IMG/VR virus record: IMGVR_UViG_3300037423_002564
Origin: a virus
Strand: one strand, 5' to 3'
Length of the DNA: 64,000 bases
Shown here one piece after another: positions 61,486-64,000 of this stretch. The position numbers and the translations under genes are program-made. The notes below the pieces were generated by a model. That model was not told the origin of the DNA, did not search any database, and saw nothing but the letters and a program-made list of their open reading frames with translations. Position 1 is the first letter of the stretch. Each line of letters opens with the position of its first letter.

Positions 61486-64000
61486 CGACGCCCTGGGACG
61501 CCTACCAGGCCCAGAAGCAAGCCGCTCCTACCCCCGAGGCCCTGCGCCACCTGCGCCGGCTGGAGGGGTCCGTCGGCGGCACGAAGGCCGACTTCGTCTT
61601 CGAGCTGGCGAAGCAGAACGACCCCGACTTCACACTGGCGGACGTCAAGGATGCCGAGCGCGAGGCCAACCAGCGCTGCATGCGCTGCGAATGCGACCTG
61701 TCCGACTGCGAGTGCCCGGGCGGCCCCGAGCACTTCAAGCGCGCATCGATCATGGACGGCATGCAGTGGGATCCCGACCACCTGGCCGCCTTCATCGAGG
61801 CCGGCCGGAACAACTGGAAGGCGCTCTTCGGCGACAAGACTGAGGCCGACCTCAAGGCGGAGTACCGCGAGCGGCTGCTGCGGGACGGCAGCTCGTGGCC
61901 GGAAGGGTCGCGGGGCTACCAGATGGACCTCGACGACCTGGCGGCCAACCCGCCCGTGCCCGGCGAGCCCGGCTACGCGCCCTGGTTCGCGCGCACGATG
62001 AAGCACCGGCTGGGACAGGGGGGCTCGCGGCCGGGGCGGGACTACGACAACCTCCTGGCGCGTGTGCATGCCCGCCGGAACGGCCTGCCGGAGCCGGAGC
62101 TGACCAAGGCCGCGGCCGTGGACTGGAAGAACCGCCCGGGCGTGCGCGCCGTCGTCACCGACGAGCGCGATCGCGTGCTGCTGCTCAAGCGGCCCGCCAA
62201 GGAGGAGTTCCACCCCAACACCTGGAACCTGCCCGGCGGCGCCAAGGAGCCCGACGAGGGATTCCGCACGGGCGCCCTGCGCGAGCTGAAGGAGGAGACC
62301 GGCCTCACCGCGACCCCCACCGGCCAGCGCCACGTCTTCACGTGGCCGGGCGGCCGGGGCGAGGCGTTCGCGATGGAGGAGCCCCGGGGCACGCTGAAGC
62401 TCCAGGCCAAGGAGGTGGCGGAGGCGCGCTGGTTCGACCCGGCCAAGCTGCCCAAGAAGCTCTTCCCGCAGACCGCGGCCATCGTGCAGGCGCTGGTGGC
62501 GAAGCGCGCGGCCTTGAAGAAGGACGTCGAGCTGATGCCGCACCAGCAGGCCGCGGTGAGCAAGGTGCTCGCCAACGACGGCTCCTTGCTGGTGGCCCAC
62601 GGTACGGGCACCGGCAAGACGCCGACCTCCGCCGCGGCCGTCGAGGCCCTGCGCGCGAAGGGCAAGGCCCACATCACGCTGGCCGTCACGCCGGCCGCGC
62701 TGCGCGAGAACATGATCGAGGGCGGCGTCCATAAGTTCACCGACCAGAAGGGCGTGATCCTGGGCGCCAAGGGCGAGCCGGGCACCACCCACATCGACCA
62801 CCCCAGCCTGCCGGAGGCCAGCTACTACGCGGTCTCCAACGAGATGTTCCGCAAGGACCCGCACAAGTACATCGACAAGACCCACGCCGACACCATCGTC
62901 TGGGACGAGATCCACAAGGGCCGCGACGACGAGACCGCGAACTACGCGGCGATGATGGCGGTCCGCCCCAAGGTGCGCAACTTCATCGGGCTGACCGGCA
63001 CCCCCGTGAACAACCATCCGCGCGACATCGTGCCCGTGCTCGACATCGTAACGAACAAACGTCACGGGTTGGGGGCGGCCAAGGGCAAGGGGCCGAACAC
63101 CTTCGAGAACCGCTTCATGGAGACCGTGGAGAAGCACCACGGCCCCCTGGGCTTCCTGGGCATCGGCCCCAAGAGCACGGAGACCCGCCTCAAGCACACG
63201 GACTACCTCCAGCACGAGTTGAGCAAGCACGTCCACTACGTGCCGACCGAGGACGTGGCGAAGGACATGCCGGCCAAGGAGGTCCACGACGTCGAGGTGC
63301 CCATGAGCGGCCACCAGCAGAACCTGTACCACTTCGCGATGAACAAGATCGACCCGATGACGCGCTGGAAGATCCGCATGAACCTGCCCGTGGGCCAGGG
63401 CGAGGCCCAGCACATCTTCGCGCGCATCACCAAGGCCCGCCAGGTCTCCAACGCCGTCCACACGCTGGACGGCAAGCACGATCCGCGCTCCAGCGCCGAG
63501 GCCACCCCCAAGATCCACCGCCTGGTCGAGGACGTGGACCGGGAGATGAAGGCCCACCCGAACAACAAGGCCATCGTCTACACCAACTTCGTCCATGGCG
63601 GCGTCGACGCGGTGGCGGAGGGCCTGCGCGCGCGCGGCCACGACCCCGGCTTCTTCCTGGGCTCGACCCACCAGACCCGCAAGGACCGCGCGCAGCATGT
63701 CCAGGACTACTTGAGCGGCAAGCGGCGCATCATGATCATCAACAGCGCCGGCACCGAGGGCCTCAACCTGCCCGGCACCACCAGCCACCACACGCTCGAC
63801 CCGCATTTCAACCCGGCCGTAACCGAGCAGCAGGAGGCCCGCGGCATCCGCGCCGGATCGCCGGTCAAGAGCGTGCGGGTCTACCGCTACCGCTCCACCC
63901 TGCCGCGCGGGATGGGCGGCTTCCTGCCGGCCGAGACCAGCGCCGACCAGTGGGTGCAGAACACGGCCGACCGCAAGGAGAAGCTGAACCACCAGTTCTT
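61482..64000 (+). CDS. Nudix hydrolase - SNF2/Swi2 helicase fusion, partial (absent from the ORF track because it has no stop in the window)
   Basis: TTG start (TTGA overlap); Nudix box GAKEPDEGFRTGALRELKEETGL (62238-62306); Q-motif LMPHQ, Walker A GTGTGKT, DEIH, LTGTP, helicase-C AGTEGLNL and QQEARGIR. Confidence 0.9.
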   Translation, partial: MTTPWDAYQAQKQAAPTPEALRHLRRLEGSVGGTKADFVFELAKQNDPDFTLADVKDAEREANQRCMRCECDLSDCECPGGPEHFKRASIMDGMQWDPDHLAAFIEAGRNNWKALFGDKTEADLKAEYRERLLRDGSSWPEGSRGYQMDLDDLAANPPVPGEPGYAPWFARTMKHRLGQGGSRPGRDYDNLLARVHARRNGLPEPELTKAAAVDWKNRPGVRAVVTDERDRVLLLKRPAKEEFHPNTWNLPGGAKEPDEGFRTGALRELKEETGLTATPTGQRHVFTWPGGRGEAFAMEEPRGTLKLQAKEVAEARWFDPAKLPKKLFPQTAAIVQALVAKRAALKKDVELMPHQQAAVSKVLANDGSLLVAHGTGTGKTPTSAAAVEALRAKGKAHITLAVTPAALRENMIEGGVHKFTDQKGVILGAKGEPGTTHIDHPSLPEASYYAVSNEMFRKDPHKYIDKTHADTIVWDEIHKGRDDETANYAAMMAVRPKVRNFIGLTGTPVNNHPRDIVPVLDIVTNKRHGLGAAKGKGPNTFENRFMETVEKHHGPLGFLGIGPKSTETRLKHTDYLQHELSKHVHYVPTEDVAKDMPAKEVHDVEVPMSGHQQNLYHFAMNKIDPMTRWKIRMNLPVGQGEAQHIFARITKARQVSNAVHTLDGKHDPRSSAEATPKIHRLVEDVDREMKAHPNNKAIVYTNFVHGGVDAVAEGLRARGHDPGFFLGSTHQTRKDRAQHVQDYLSGKRRIMIINSAGTEGLNLPGTTSHHTLDPHFNPAVTEQQEARGIRAGSPVKSVRVYRYRSTLPRGMGGFLPAETSADQWVQNTADRKEKLNHQF

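Noticed and set aside
29130-63992. Very long minus-strand ORFs in the track (29130-34040, 36271-41286, 43977-47282, 47370-51683, 58226-61012, 61293-63992)
   Set aside because: They are antisense shadows of GC3-biased plus-strand genes. They are Arg/Gly/Ala/His-rich with no motifs and fully overlap well-supported CDS.
1-64000. Stop-codon reassignment (as in some large phages)
   Set aside because: TAA, TAG and TGA all terminate well-formed genes, and known proteins are full length in code 11.
1-64000. tRNA genes or a CRISPR array
   Set aside because: No cloverleaf with T-loop GTTCGA-type context or repeat-spacer periodicity seen in the few intergenic gaps. The only long tandem repeats are coding (tail fibre). 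A tRNAscan run would be needed to be certain.

Overview
The window is a gene-dense, high-GC (roughly 68-70% by eye) segment of a large tailed dsDNA bacteriophage genome read in standard code 11. I saw no integrase, tRNA or CRISPR array. Layout: (1) 1-5435, minus-strand small genes including thioredoxin reductase and guanylate kinase. (2) A divergent promoter region near 5440-5600. (3) 5600-29348, about 60 tightly overlapping small plus-strand genes, including a two-OB-fold SSB, acyl carrier protein, winged-helix and XRE regulators, and YspA/SLOG, DUF1292 and DUF1653 proteins. (4) 29466-51443, tail module: fibres, tape-measure-like protein, baseplate/hub proteins. (5) 51634-end, a phage transcription and putative virion-cargo module: sigma70-family factor, a fused beta/beta'-N-half RNA polymerase (NMDHDGD), glycine-zipper proteins and a Nudix-SNF2 fusion that runs off the end. 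Most striking observations: (a) an array of 18 small, mostly Cys-rich genes (22377-29348) on otherwise very divergent scaffolds, 16 of which carry D[SA]GR conserved at protein but not DNA level; (b) a shared leader ([TD]P[YWH]xA[YF]...KxA) plus internal K-x-A junctions in the proteins around the RNAP, suggesting a capsid-sorting and protease-processing code; (c) an operator family GGT[AC]N[GT]ACC with 8-bp extensions at about 11 sites, mostly at promoters; (d) a candidate switchable structured RNA at 8536-8637. All family assignments are from recognising motifs by eye; no database search was run.
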